Below, piece by piece: positions 13,867-26,755 of a stretch of 64,000 nucleotides of DNA. The stretch is from Octopus sinensis (Eukaryota). The DNA lies in contig NC_042998.1 in the NCBI RefSeq assembly GCF_006345805.1, positions 193,688,001 to 193,752,000 of the forward strand, written 5' to 3'. The notes below the pieces were generated by a model. That model had not been told where the DNA came from, did no database searches, and saw only the letters and a program-made list of their open reading frames with translations. Positions within the stretch are counted from its first letter, which is position 1; every line of letters begins with the position of its first letter. The position numbers were made by a program, and so were the translations under genes.

Positions 13867-14006
13867 TGTGAGATTTGAACTCAAAACGTAATAAGGATTC
13901 TTGTAAGATTTGAACTCAAAATGTAATAAGGATTCTTGTGAGATTTGAACTCAAAATGTAATAAGGATTCTTGTGAGATTTGAACTCAAAATGTAATAAG
14001 GATTGT
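13867..14006. repeat. 35 bp minisatellite x4 inside a degenerate family A SINE
   Basis: Unit tgtgagatttgaactcaaaatgtaataaggattct, repeated with no spacers. Confidence 0.92.
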
Positions 14007-14906
14007 AGTCTTCATTATAAATTTTGTCAGACTTTTTACTCCACTGTACCGCCCCAACAACAATATCGATTGTAATGTTGGCACAACCAAATGTTTGTGA
14101 AAACGTTTCCATTAGGATTTTGCGGTTTAGTCAAAGGAGATGGGGTAGCACTCATGATAGCCGAGATTGTTGAGAGAAAAGCAAGAAGTTTTCATCAGTA
14201 CAATTGTTTGTAACTATGTGTACCCTGCTAATAACACCCACGGTCTACATAGTAGTGTTGGACCGGATGATGGACTAGTATAACACTCCGAAATAGTAAC
14301 TAGAGTTCTAATTAGATTCCACCCAGGTTTGTCAGCCAACTTTTTCTCACTAGGCTTTGGTTGAAGTAAATCTACGGAAGAGATAATTACTCAAGATGAC
14401 ATGCTGTATAATTGAGTGGAAAACTGCATAGTTGCAAAACAAGGAGCACAGCCGTCCTTGTACCCAACAAAGTACATCACTGATATTTTATTCTATCGTC
14501 CTTAAAAGGATTACTTGAAGAGTTGATCTCGGTGAGATTTGGAATCAGAACATAATATAAAAGTCGCAAGACATTTTATCATCGCAGTAGAAACTGCAGT
14601 CAATACTGACGAATTACTTGTAAACATATAAACAATTCCAGCGTATGCACAAACTGAAATATAAATTTTCATAAGAAATACAGTCATAAATCACTATTTC
14701 TGAATCTACACCTACGACTGACTTGGAAAAACAGATGTCGAAAGACGTAATACTAACATTGTAATGTTTAAAATATTAATATTAATTGCTTTCTTAATCT
14801 TTGTATGCCCACACAATATTCTTAAACTATAGACATTTCGGCACATGCATCGATATACTTATATACATACATACATAAAACCATACATATATATATATAT
14901 ATATAT

Positions 14907-14937
<31 letters not shown>

Positions 14938-15399
14938 GATATATATATATTAGAAGAAATGAGGTACTCAGAAATCAGTCTTGCCACTTGATTGAATGTG
15001 GTCACAGGCGAGTGAGGTTGACGGTGCGCGTAGTCATCCTAAACGGACGAATGTGATGTATGCTTGTATGTATACTTAGTGGTATCAAAACTATGAATAT
15101 TAAAAAAGACATCTCATACTTGTATGTTTGCTTAGGTATGTATATATTACAGTATATCATGTGTGTACAATAAATCATGTGTGTGCGATTGCTACTGTTG
15201 AGTTTAGAGCTCCACGTAGATTATCGTCCGCTTCCAGTATAGTGCTTTGGTTACTGTTATACTTAGAAGTATTCTTGGTTATGATATACAGAGCAAATTT
15301 AAGAGAAACAATGGCAAACACAACTTGTATATCATTTGTTTCCGATGCAAATTTCACCGTTGTGTTTGGAACCTCTGCATTAACCTATTCCAAACACAT

Positions 15400-16360
15400 A
15401 ACTATAGATTACCCCCACTAGGCACCCTAACAATAGACTCCATGTCCTTAATACTGAACTTTGGTTAGAGACTGGGAACAACAGACTGTAGCTCCTCCAC
15501 TTCTATTACATAAAACCCATAGATTCTAAATATGTTGTTCACAAGAACTAGCTTTGTCACACATGAAAATCAACATATTGATAACAGACTTAGGATAATG
15601 TACAACGTGTCCCCCCTATGCGAACCCTATGAAACAAAAAAAAATGTACAGAACTTCGTGTACCGCATGCAATTCTCTGGATATGACCAGAAAGATATGG
15701 TTCGGGTATATAGGGGAGCTAGAAAGAAGTTAGATAGCATTATATGTAATGAAACTAGTGGTTCCTGTCCCAGATACAGACGGAAAGACTGGAATAGGAT
15801 ACAAAATATTTGTGACAAAGCGAACCGGGTGAATACATGGTACAAGGCCGACAAATATCAAGACATGATGTTTGTAGCGGGCTAGTTCTCCATGGGCTGT
15901 GGCCCATGGAGAACTAGCCCGAAGATTTAGGAGAGCTCTGAAGGAGGCCAAACTCAACATTAAGATCGTTGAAAGGCCAGGGAGTTCATCAGATTTGAGA
16001 ATACTACATGCACTAATGAGAACTGCATGGCATGTAAGATTAACCCTGGCATTAACTGTAGACTTAGAAATCTAGGCAACAGCATAAGGTGCATAAAAGA
16101 TGCGTGTAAAGACAAGAACACGACATACATTGGTAGCACATCTAGAAGCATTGCGTTGAGACAAAGTGATATTTGAGATAATATGACGACAAAAAACAGT
16201 CCTCCAAACTATACCAACATGGTAAACACCAACATGTAGGCATACTGGGTCGACTTGACATTCGCATTTTATCCAAGCACCCGAAGGACCCAACACTCAG
16301 ACAAATACAAGAGTATGTCCTCATAAATGAAACATCCCTAGTACTAAATAGGAGATATAC
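15400..16360 (+). pseudogene. Penelope-like element relic (RT thumb/linker and GIY-YIG endonuclease)
   Basis: ORF 15532 contains LRIMYNVSP...RMQFSGY...PRYRRKDW. From ~16102 the + strand reads ACKDKNTTYIGSTSRSIALR, and from ~16288 DPTLRQIQEYVLINETSLVLNRR, both GIY-YIG motifs. Stops and frameshifts are present. Confidence 0.85.
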
Positions 16361-17097
16361 ATAGAAGGTAATGATACCCTAGTACCCACAGTTTATACAT
16401 ACACAGGTAGATTTGTTAGTAGGCTGTTAAGTAGACGTTTATTTTTAAGACTAGGTTGTGATTTGAGGTCAGTGATTTAGCAACTATAACTGCAGAGTCG
16501 AGCATCCATATACGAGTACTCTCGTTAATATGTGTGAGGTATTCTCTATTGGGTTTATATAAAAGTGGATAATTTGTATTTCGATGCGTTAGAATTCATT
16601 GAATTCGATGGACAACATAGCAACACCAAACTTCAATAGCTAACAGCTGCGAGAGTTGTGAGAGCGTCTTGTAGATAGAGCTAGGGATGTGAGAAGAGAT
16701 TTAGAAATAATGGACAATGAGTAATGAATAAGCTTGAGAATAAAATACAACAATTTATAATATTTTATTTACAAATATACATAAAACATAATTTGAATTA
16801 TTATTGCTGATCAGACGCATCTATGTTCAAAAGTATTCCATTAGTCATAGCCTCGTTTTTTTATCGGTATTTTTCATTGTTGATGGTGTGCATAACAGAG
16901 TTGTTTGGATTACATCCAGTCAATATAAGATTCTTTAGTATATAGAATATTATTTCCATCGGAAGGAAATTTAGTGATTAAAATTATATTGGCAAGTTTT
17001 TATGAATATTCAGAAATTTCAATGTTATGGCAAAAAAATAGGTTTGTTTGTTGTTGGCAAACGGTTTAATATCTAATTGTTATTATTACATACACAT

Positions 17098-17325
17098 ACA
17101 TCCTTCGTTTTATATAAAACGAAGGATGTGTGTGTATGTGAATTACGCATGCATTTCTACAGTTTTCACCAAACTTTACATACGCATTGCTTATGTGCCA
17201 AGGATGGTCATGCACTATAACATTTTACCCAGAGCTCCCACGTAATGCGAGAAACAGACCGAGAAAAAAAGGTGTTTCACGTGGTTTTTTTTCTCTAAAA
17301 ACTTCGGTTTTCAACCGATTCTCTC

Positions 17326-17365
<40 letters not shown>

Positions 17366-17431
17366 TTATCTCTTTGTATCTCTTTTTCTCACATTCACCC
17401 TCTGCAATACTTACTCTCTTTAAGTTTATGT

Positions 17432-17501
<70 letters not shown>

Positions 17502-19150
17502 AACTCACTCACTCATTCACTCTGAAAATTGACTTCAGTGTATTTCAGTTTTGTCATGCGTAAATATCTTGGTCATCACGCTATTTGTACACTCTCACTA
17601 CAACATTACTTTACTTATTCTAAATTATTTGCACTCCGTTTATTTAAATCACTATTTACATTTCTCCTTCTATCGAAAACCGTTGTGATACAGCCTATAA
17701 GCCTTTATTACTAACCAATGAGGATTCAACCACGGCACTGAGCGTTCAGGCGTTAGAAAAAGATATCCTAAAGTGGTTCAAGTTTTTCCACTCAATCTAC
17801 TTTCTTCTACAGTTTTATACACTGAAATGGGTTTGCAATTTCTATCTACAAATTGACTTCCTTGTGTGATATAAAGTTGTTTCACTTTTATTCTTTTAAT
17901 TTTTTGTGTGTGTTTGCGCGTTCGATACGTACGAGATAGTAAAGGACATTTTATACCACGACGGCGATGTCATATATAAGAGTGTGTATGTGTTCTGGAT
18001 GTATTGAGTGTTGGTGTATGAGTGTGTATGTCTCTCTGACTCTGTGTGTGTGTTTCCGCGTTAAGTACGTTATTAAACATACACACACATATCTACATAT
18101 ACATATGCACATGTGACGACTGACATGCGTGAATGTATGTCTGTATGTGTCTCTCTTGCTATATCTCTTTGACTGTATGTGAGAGTGTATGTGTGCGTAT
18201 CGTCACATTTTGAATATGAATGTGTATGTGTTTGTGAGTGTGTGTGTTTGCGCGCTCGTTACGTACGTTATTAAACACACACATACATCTATATATACAT
18301 ATGTGTGACTAGAACGGCTGGAGGTGAAACTCTTGACAAAAAACAATTACGTGGAAGGTCCAAGTTATATAAAAATACGCATCTACCATTCAATTAACAG
18401 TTTATAATTATCGCAGCAGTTTCAAGGTTGCAAGGTATTTGCAATTTGCTTATATTTGGTTAATTTACACAGCATACAAAAATATAGACACACTACATAC
18501 TTACAACCGCTTACAAAAGTTCATAATTTTTTGTTTAAAATATTGGAAAAATATGCGACCAAAGAAAAAACGTAATCACACAGGAAACACCTATAAAGCA
18601 AGGAGGAGTGTAGAAAACCGAAAGCGAGAGTCTCAAAAGATAAGGGTCGTGAGACTTTCACAAGATGAGCAAAGGCATGCTGCAACACGTCAGATGGAAT
18701 CTCAATACAGAAGGGACATGACACTTTCCAAAGATCACCAAACGCATGCTGCAGCTCGTCAAATACAGCCTCAAGGGAGAAGGGAGAGGTGACTTTCCCA
18801 ACATCAGGAAAAGCATGCAGCAGCACATCTGATGGAGCCCCAAGACAGAAAGGAGATGAGACTTTCTCAAGATCTGCAAAGGCATGCTGTAGCACTTAAT
18901 ACTGAATCATTAAAACAACGCTTAGCACGCCAGATTACAAAGAGGTTCAATAGAATAGTTCTCATAAACAGACCACGTACAAATTCGTTCTACACGACAC
19001 CTAGAGCTGCTTTCAGATATGATCCAACCCATTCTTATAAAAATGATAATTCTGTCCAAATTGGTGGGCTAAACTCAAATTGTCGTTTAAGTAAAGCTTT
19101 AAAATTTACTCCGCAAATGTCTTGTCGTCAATGCTGCACTTTCCTGTATC
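17098..19150 (+). mobile_element. Helitron relic: 5' end and N-terminal part of RepHel, 3'-truncated
   Basis: The 5' region tatataaaac...gtgtgtatgt is Helitron-like. 18550-19120 encodes 22-aa repeats (RLSQDEQRHAATRQMES) followed by AAFRYDP...VQIGGLNSNCRLSKALKF, the decayed zinc-finger-like region of animal RepHel proteins. One internal stop. Confidence 0.8.
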
Positions 19151-19189
19151 ACTTGTTTCAACGTAACTGTAATATATATATATATATAT

Positions 19190-19315
19190 ATCTTTCATCC
19201 TTTCGGGGTCGATAAATAAAGTACCAGTTACGCACTGGGGTCGATGTAATCGACTTAATCCCTTTGTCCTTGTTTGTCCCCTCTATGCTTATCCCATTGT
19301 GGGCAATAAAGAAAT
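19190..19315 (+). mobile_element. SINE family A, 3' half
   Basis: ctttcatcctttcggggtcgataaataaagtaccag...gcaataaagaaata. Confidence 0.88.
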
Positions 19316-20899
19316 ATACATATATATATATATATACAATTGCAACAGTGGTTGCAAAGGCAGTGGCGGCAGCGGCGGCTCGACTGCAGTGGCGGCGGCG
19401 GTAATGATGAAACGGCGGAGTATGGAAAACAAGAGGAATAAAAACAAAAACAAAAACAGCAGGAACAATGAGAGGGGGAGGGAAGAGGATAAGGAGGAGG
19501 AATGGCGGAAGGAAAAGGAAGAGGAGTGGGCGGCCCACCCGTAATGATACAATAATAATTTTGGAGAGAGTCAGAATCCCGGGATTTTCAGTTTCGAAGA
19601 ACTATTAATGAACAACGTAAGACGTAATAAATTTATAAAGTCAACATTGTGAGAATTCTGACGATAATTGTAATGATAACCATAAAAAATACAGGTAGAA
19701 TCTACTTCTACTTCTTAGTATCATCTTTACGGAATTCTGAAGAGATAAGTCAACCCCTGCATTCTGTATAAAAACTCTAAAATAAGAACGATAAAAATAT
19801 GTCAGTGTGTGTTGTATAAATTTTTGTGGTTAGTGTAAGTTATATTATCTGTGAGTTTTTTAGCCCGTTGTTTTGTTATTAGCATTCCTCCCTTCAGTAA
19901 TTGTCTATTTTTATAAGAAATGTTGTATAAAATAGAAGCGTTATTTACTAATGTACTTCTATCTTGTTTTGTTTAATGTTGTGTGATGTAGTGCATTGCA
20001 ATTGTTCTTTATTGCTAGTAAATGGTGAGTCGGCGACAGAGTAATATAATAGCTGGAGACGTGAAGTTTGCAATTATGTTGTGTAAACCTAACGGCGATA
20101 ACGCCCGTAGTTATCACACTGGCCCTGCCTATTGTAAAGTAGCATCAAGACACACTGAGGCCATGTCATGTTGAAGATGAGACTGTGGAGGTTCAGAAAC
20201 GTTGATAGTGGATATAGGATTTTTACTAATCGAAACAAACTTCAATGTACTCTTAGATATATTGAAGATAGCCATAATAAAACATTTAATAGAAAATGTA
20301 TGACCAAATGTTAATTAAAAATAAGGATATGATAGAAGAAAAATCTTATTTTCGCTACCATGTATGTACGTGTGAATGTGTGTGCATATGTGTTTATATA
20401 CACTTGGACACACGCTCGCACGCACAAACACACACACACACACGCGTATCTTTTATCATTTACTTGTTTTAGCCATTAGACTGCGAATGAACGAAGAGGG
20501 GAATGGTCGAATAAGCGTAAAAGAGCTGATAAAACGAAAGAATAGAGTCATACAAGATTTAGATAAATATCTATTTACATATAAGAGACCAAAATGTACG
20601 TACGTCGCTGTATATATATATATATATATAAAATACAAAATGGGACAAAAACGCAAAACATCCAGACAGGCTATACAAGAAATACTCACATACTCACTTT
20701 TTCTCACACACATAAATGTATATGTGTATATGTATATGTGCGTACTACTATGTACTACAACGTATACCTATAGATTTTAGCCAAAATTGGGTAATAGACA
20801 GATATTAACAAGCTTCACAAAGGAGGATCAGTTTCGTTTCCATTTGAGATTTCGTCGGCAATTTTCTTTTCAACTACCCAAAGAACACAAATAATAAAC

Positions 20900-21322
20900 C
20901 TATTTCTATTTCTTTACTACCCACAAGGGGCCAAACACAGAGGGGACAAACAAGGACAGACAAACGGATTAAGTCGATTATATCGACCCAGTGCGTAGCT
21001 GGTACTTATTTAATCGACCCTGCAAAGATAAAAGGCAAAGTCGACCTCGGCGGAATTTGAACTCAGAACGTAGCGGCAGACGAAATACCTATTTCTTTAC
21101 TACCCACAAGGGGCTAAACACAGAGGGGACAAACAAGGACAGACAAACGGATTAAGTCGATTACAACGACCCCAGTGCGTAACTGGTACTTAATTTATCG
21201 ACCCCGAATGGATGAAAGGCAAAGTCGACCTCGGCGGAATTTGAACTCAGAACGTAACGGCAGACTAAATACGGCTACGCATTTCGCCCGGAGTGCTAAC
21301 GTTTCTGCCAGCCCGCCGCCCT
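20900..21322 (-). mobile_element. SINE family A dimer (head, body, body)
   Basis: Two ~183 bp bodies joined at gacgaaatacctatttcttt. TSD gaacacaaataat(a/g)aacctat on both sides. Confidence 0.92.
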
Positions 21323-21955
21323 GAACACAAATAATGAACCTATTATTACTAAATAGGACAGAGCGATAAAGCGCATTATAACGCATTGTTGTAATTAATA
21401 GGCTTGTAATATGTTTAAAGGGTTTTGTTGCAATACTGGTTACAAACTACAACGCTTTTACGTACATTGGCTTAGTTCGAGGGTACTGGTTTCTATTTCT
21501 GTTAGATCGCGTGACTACATAAAGATTACTTCTTTATGTATAAAACAAAAAGCGAATGAGCTATCAGCTTATGTTATCTAAGCTCGTATCTCTTCGCGGA
21601 TACTAAATCTTACGCATCTATTTCACCTCCCTTGTGAGAAGTATGTATTACACTGTTCCAGAACATTTTTATGTCTACCCTTCATGCCTACCCGAGAGAA
21701 AGAACGGAAATTGAAACAAGCGTATGACTTCCTGAAATATATTTGATCTACAAATGGTCACCAGTGATTACCTGTCAGAATATATCTTGAAGTGGGTGTA
21801 TATACATATAAATACACACACGCACACACACACACACACACGCGCGCTATCACACTCACATACTCACACACACACGCATATAAATGTATACAAACATATA
21901 TGAGTAGATATATATGTACATACATATATATATATATGTATACATGTATAGATCT

Positions 21956-21959
<4 letters not shown>

Positions 21960-21987
<28 letters not shown>

Positions 21988-22117
21988 CATACATACATAC
22001 ACACACATACATACATACATACATACATACATACATACATACATACATACTACATACATACATACATACATACATAAGACATACATACATACATACATAC
22101 ATACATACATACATACA
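21960..22117. repeat. (TA)n/(TACA)n microsatellite
   Basis: Seen directly. Confidence 0.95.
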
Positions 22118-23450
22118 CTAAGCATTCTTTCGATTAATGAAAGCAAATATTGGCTGGTTATATTTTGCCATTCCTCTTGTACGAGTCTCCAGAGGGTTTC
22201 TGCAGTATTTGGTTGTTGGTCTTTGACTCTGTGATCCAATTAATCCCACATAAATTTGATAGGATTGCAATCGGGGGATTAGGCTGACCATTCCATTATA
22301 GCCAACTTTTTTTGTCCATTTTCTTCTATAAATATTTTTTGCATAGCTTAGAAGTATGTTTAGAATCATTATCATGAATGAGCAGGAAATTATCACCGAT
22401 CAGCCTCGTCCCAAATGGAATGGATGGAAGCACTCCGTCGGTTACGACGACGAGGGTTCCGGTTGATCCATTAACGGAACAGCCTGCTCGTGAAATTAAA
22501 GTGTAAGTGGCTGAGCACTCCACAGACACGTGTACCCTTAACGTAGTTCCCGGGGATATTCAGCGTGACACAGAGAGTGACAAGGCCGGCCCCTTGAAAT
22601 ACAGGTACAACAGAAACAGGAAGTAAGAGTGAGAGAAAGTTGTGGTGAAAGAGTACAGCAGGGATCACCACCATCCCCTGCCGGAGCCTCGTGGAGCTTT
22701 AGGTGTTTTCTCTCAACAAACACTCACAACGCCCGGTCTGGGAATCGAAATCGCGATCCTACGACCGCGAGTCCGCTGCACTAACCATTGGGCCATTGCG
22801 CCTCCACGCCCAGATGGAATGGCATAACGTTGAAGGATAGAGTGTTGCCCGTTTTGGTTCAATATTCCAGTGACCCGAGGAATATGCCCAAAACTATTGC
22901 CTGCAAAACACCTCCAGGTCATCACACTTACCTCACCGTGCTTTACAGTTAAAACTCTACACTCAGGAGTCATCCGTTCACCTATTCTTTGCCGCACATA
23001 AACTCTACGCCAGGATCCAGAGATTTCAAACTTTGATCCATTAGTCCAGAGGACTCGTTTCCATTGATCAGCGGTCCAGGTTTGGTGTGTTCTGGCCCAT
23101 ATGAGTCACTTATGTTTATTGATGTGTCAAAGCGGTGGTTTTCTGGCAGTGCTACAGCCATTTAGACCGGCAGCAACGAGTCTTCTCCCCGCGGTTGTAG
23201 GAGACACGTTAGCTTCGCCGGCTTCGCGTACTTGTGCAGCGATTTCACAAGCTGCCAGGCGCCTGTTTCGAAGATTGGTGATTCTGATGAACTTAGCCTG
23301 TGATTCAGAAGTCGCTTTTGGACGACCTGACCGAGCTCTGTCGGTATTTTTTCCTCTTTCATTATACTTTACAATGGTGGAGCGGACGGCAGTGTAAGAA
23401 ACTTTAACTTCCACTCGTGGAATTCAACACGCTTGAAAGAACAGCTGGGT
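22118..23450 (-). pseudogene. Tc1-family transposase relic, interrupted by a SINE; TIRs not found
   Basis: Motifs RSGRPKATS, ARKPPL, QWKRVLWTNGSKFE, TVKHGEVSVMTW, HDNDSKH, SPDCNPI and EEWQNI. Stops and frameshifts are present. Confidence 0.95.
22424..22808 (-). mobile_element. tRNA-derived SINE family B (~390 bp; probably octopus OR1, from recall)
   Basis: Head gtggaggcgcaatggcccaatggttag with A and B boxes. 14 bp TSD ccca(a/g)atggaatgg at 22410-22423 and 22809-22822. Removing it restores the Tc1 reading YAIPSG/TRLIGDNF. Confidence 0.93.
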
Positions 23451-23540
23451 TGTATAACCACAAAAATTAGAGATAAAATTCGACAGGAACGAAATGGAAA
23501 ATAAAAACATTTTACTGTTCTTTCTAGCGTGTTGAATTCC

Positions 23541-23621
<81 letters not shown>

Positions 23622-24077
23622 TATATATGAGTGCATGCGTGTGTGTGCATACTTATATGCTCTTGTAAATTTATGTGTCTGTGCATACAATCCACTTTTC
23701 TTTTCTCCAACATTTTCATTGAAAATTCAATTTTCAGCGTGTTTAATTTCTTGATATTTCTTTTTCAATTTCCACATATAAAAATATATAGAACAGCCTC
23801 GTTCCTCTTTCTCCTTCAAGTGTCTAAGGCTTTCAAAAGATTTTTGCCTTCAAATACTTTACAAAGCAAAAACGAGAATTTCATTCTTTGCACATCATTT
23901 GGAAATGCAAACGAGTCGAGTGTTTTCTGCAATTGCACATCATTATAACTGAACGACTTTAAAATGTAATGAATAACTCATCGCGACGCAGCTGAACAAA
24001 AGACACAAGTACTTCTGTCTCTTGTTATCCACATCGGAAGGATGAAGAACCAAGTTAAACTGAGGAAATATAATTAA

Positions 24078-24495
24078 ATACCCATTTCTTTATTACCCAC
24101 AAGGGGCTAAACATAGAAGGGACAAACAAGGACAGACATAGGTATTAAGTCGATTACATCGACCCCAGTGCGTAACTGGTACTTAATTTATCGACCCCGA
24201 AAGGATGAAAGGTAAAGTCGACCTCGGCGGAATTTGAACTCACAACGTAACGGCAGACGAAATACCTATTTCTTTACTACCCACAAGGGGCTAAACATAG
24301 AAGGGACAAACAAGGACAGACATAGGTATTAAGTCGATTACATCGACCCCAGTGCGTAACTGGTACTTAATTTATCGACCCCGAAAGGATGAAAGGTAAA
24401 GTCGACCTCGGCGGAATTTGAACTCACAACGTAACGGCAGACGAAATACGGATACGCATTTCGCCCGGCTTGCTAACGTTTCTGACAGCTCGCCG
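24078..24495 (-). mobile_element. SINE family A dimer with near-identical 184 bp bodies
   Basis: Bodies start at 24084 and 24268 and share the variants cataggtatt, ggtaaagtc and ctcacaac. TSD ataatt(a/g)aatacc. Confidence 0.93.
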
Positions 24496-24714
24496 TGATA
24501 ATTGAATACCGCAAGTTGTTTTGTCCAGGCTTTACTGATTCTGCAGCCCATTTTGATTTCTTGCATTGGTATAATCTTAGAAATTGTAGAAGGGTGATAT
24601 TCAAGATCAATCCTGAAGACAGTGTTTAAAATTAAATCACAGAAGTAGTCGACTAAATACTGTAAGACACTGTATCTATCACTGAGTCTATTGTACCCTA
24701 CAATAATCAAATAA

Positions 24715-25300
24715 TTGTTTTAAATTTTGACACAAGGCCAGCAATTTGGGTGGAAGGGATACGTCGATTATATCGACCCCCAGTGTTCAATAGGTAATTA
24801 TTTTATCGACCCCGAAAGGATGAATGACAAAGTTGGTCTCAGCGGAATTCGAATTTAGAATATAAAGACAGACGAAATACCTATTTCTTTACTACCCACA
24901 AGGGGCTAAACACATAGAGAACAAACAAAGACAGACAAACGGATTAAGTCGATAATATCGACCCCAGTGCGTAACTGGTACTTATTTAATCGACCCCGAA
25001 AGGATGAAAGGCAAGGTCGACCTCGGCAGAATTTGAACTCAGAACGTAACCGCAGACGAAATACCTATTTCTTTACTACCCACAAGGGGCTAAACACAGA
25101 GGGGAAAAACAAGGACAGACAAACGGATTAAATCGATTACATCGACCCAAGTGCGTAACTGGTACTTATTTAATCCACCCCGAATGGATGAAAGGCAAAG
25201 TCGACCTCGGCGGAATTTGAACTCAGAACGTAACGGCAGACGAAATACGGCAAAGCATTTCGCCCGGCGTGCTAACGATTCTGCCAGTCCGCATCCTTGA
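24715..25300 (-). mobile_element. SINE family A trimer: old-type head and tail enclosing two young bodies
   Basis: 15 bp TSD acaataatcaaataa at 24700-24714 and 25301-25315. Two gacgaaatacctatttcttt junctions. Confidence 0.88.
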
Positions 25301-25434
25301 ACAATAATCAAATAACAACAACAATTGAACAACTTAACTTTTTCAGATCCTCAAATTTTACTATATTAATTGTAATCTATCACCTGTATGTGAAAATATG
25401 TAGTCTTACCATGTGCATTACTTAAGATTAAAAT

Positions 25435-25680
25435 ATTGGTTTCAGTTTTTGACACAAGACCAGCAAATTCCTGGTGGGGAAGTTAAGTCGATTACATCGC
25501 CCCACTAGAGTTGAACTGGTACCAATTTTATTGACCTCGTTATCGACCTCGAAAAGACGAAAGGCAAAGTCAACCTCGGCGGAATTAGAACTCAGGAAGT
25601 AAAAAGTGTACGAAATGCCGCAAAAAAAAAAAAAAGCATTTTTGCCTGACGTGCTAAAGCTTCAGCTACCTCGCTGCCTT
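25435..25680 (-). mobile_element. SINE family A, old subfamily
   Basis: Contains aaggcaaagtcaacctcggcggaattagaactcagg and the old tail cacaagaccagcaaatt. Confidence 0.8.
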
Positions 25681-25722
25681 AGTTAAGAGTAAGATATTAG
25701 CCAATGAATGTACAGTGCCGGG

Positions 25723-26113
25723 GGATCTTTTCGGTTTGAACGGCAGTTTTTAACATAATTTCTCGGTATACTGGTAGAATGTGTTTATAAAACATCTTTT
25801 TCTCTTGGCTTTATTGAGAAAATTCTATGGTTTGTAAGATATTTGTTGTTTTTTCTTCAATTTCTGCAATTTCAACCAATCAGTAACGTCTATTGAGTTA
25901 AAAAGCATTCTGTGCCGTATGAATATGTTCCTCGTTTAAGAAACAGATTGGGTTTATTTACATTTCTGAAGAAAAAAAGATACCCTTCCCCCACCCCTAA
26001 CCCTAACCCTAAAAGAGATTGAAATGCAATAGATCGATACTAGGGTCATAATTATGGGTGAGAATTTCATATGACACCGCTTGAAAAAACTGCCGTTCAA
26101 ACTGAAAAGATCC
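25723..26113 (+). mobile_element. MITE copy 1 (29 bp TIR, 8 bp TSD, internal CCCTAA repeats)
   Basis: TIR GGATCTTTTCGGTTTGAACGGCAGTTTTT. TSD GTGCCGGG at 25715-25722 and 26114-26121. Confidence 0.95.
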
Positions 26114-26755
26114 GTGCCGGGAACTATACTATTGAGAAACTAAAACTCAGTAGATTCTCTGCAAGTTTGCTATGCTTGTATCAAGTTTTCTCTGATTTGG
26201 GAAAATAGAGTCTGTAACGCACACACTGATGTGTTGTTTTGACATAAAGAAAAGATTATTTAAACAGTAATAATATTTCTATTCTATGACGTGTGCGCGT
26301 GTATATACTTTTCTTCGTGTCCTCGCATGTGTGTAGGCTTGTGAGAGTTTGGTAAACAAAGTTTGTTTTCGATTAAAGCACGTCGTTTCTGAACGCATTT
26401 TATTGAGCGTGTTTACTTGACCCTTTACCTATGCAAATATTCAGAGCCAACATCCCACCTGAGTTCCATGCCTCGTCTGTGTTAACTGAAGACATTGGCC
26501 TGACAATCTTCAAATTGTTTCACTCTTACTTCAAGTTGTATATCTACTTTATCACTCTTACTTGTGTGGGTAGAGAGACTACAAGACTCATTGACAGAAC
26601 CACTCCTCGTTAAATTGTTTTAAAATTTAAAAAATATAGCTTGTCATATATTGCGCAGTGAAATATATGATTAATCTTCTATATACGATTAATCGTTTGT
26701 GTTGAATAATAGAGTTGCCGCACTTTCCTGTGTGAGTCCTCGATCAGATTTCACA

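Noticed and set aside
13867-14006. CRISPR-like 35 bp repeats
   Set aside because: There are no spacers, the unit is SINE-derived, the context is eukaryotic, and no cas genes are present.
20825-20862. Minus-strand CCGACGA...GAAAC hammerhead-like motif
   Set aside because: Stem II is mispaired and there is no stem I partner.
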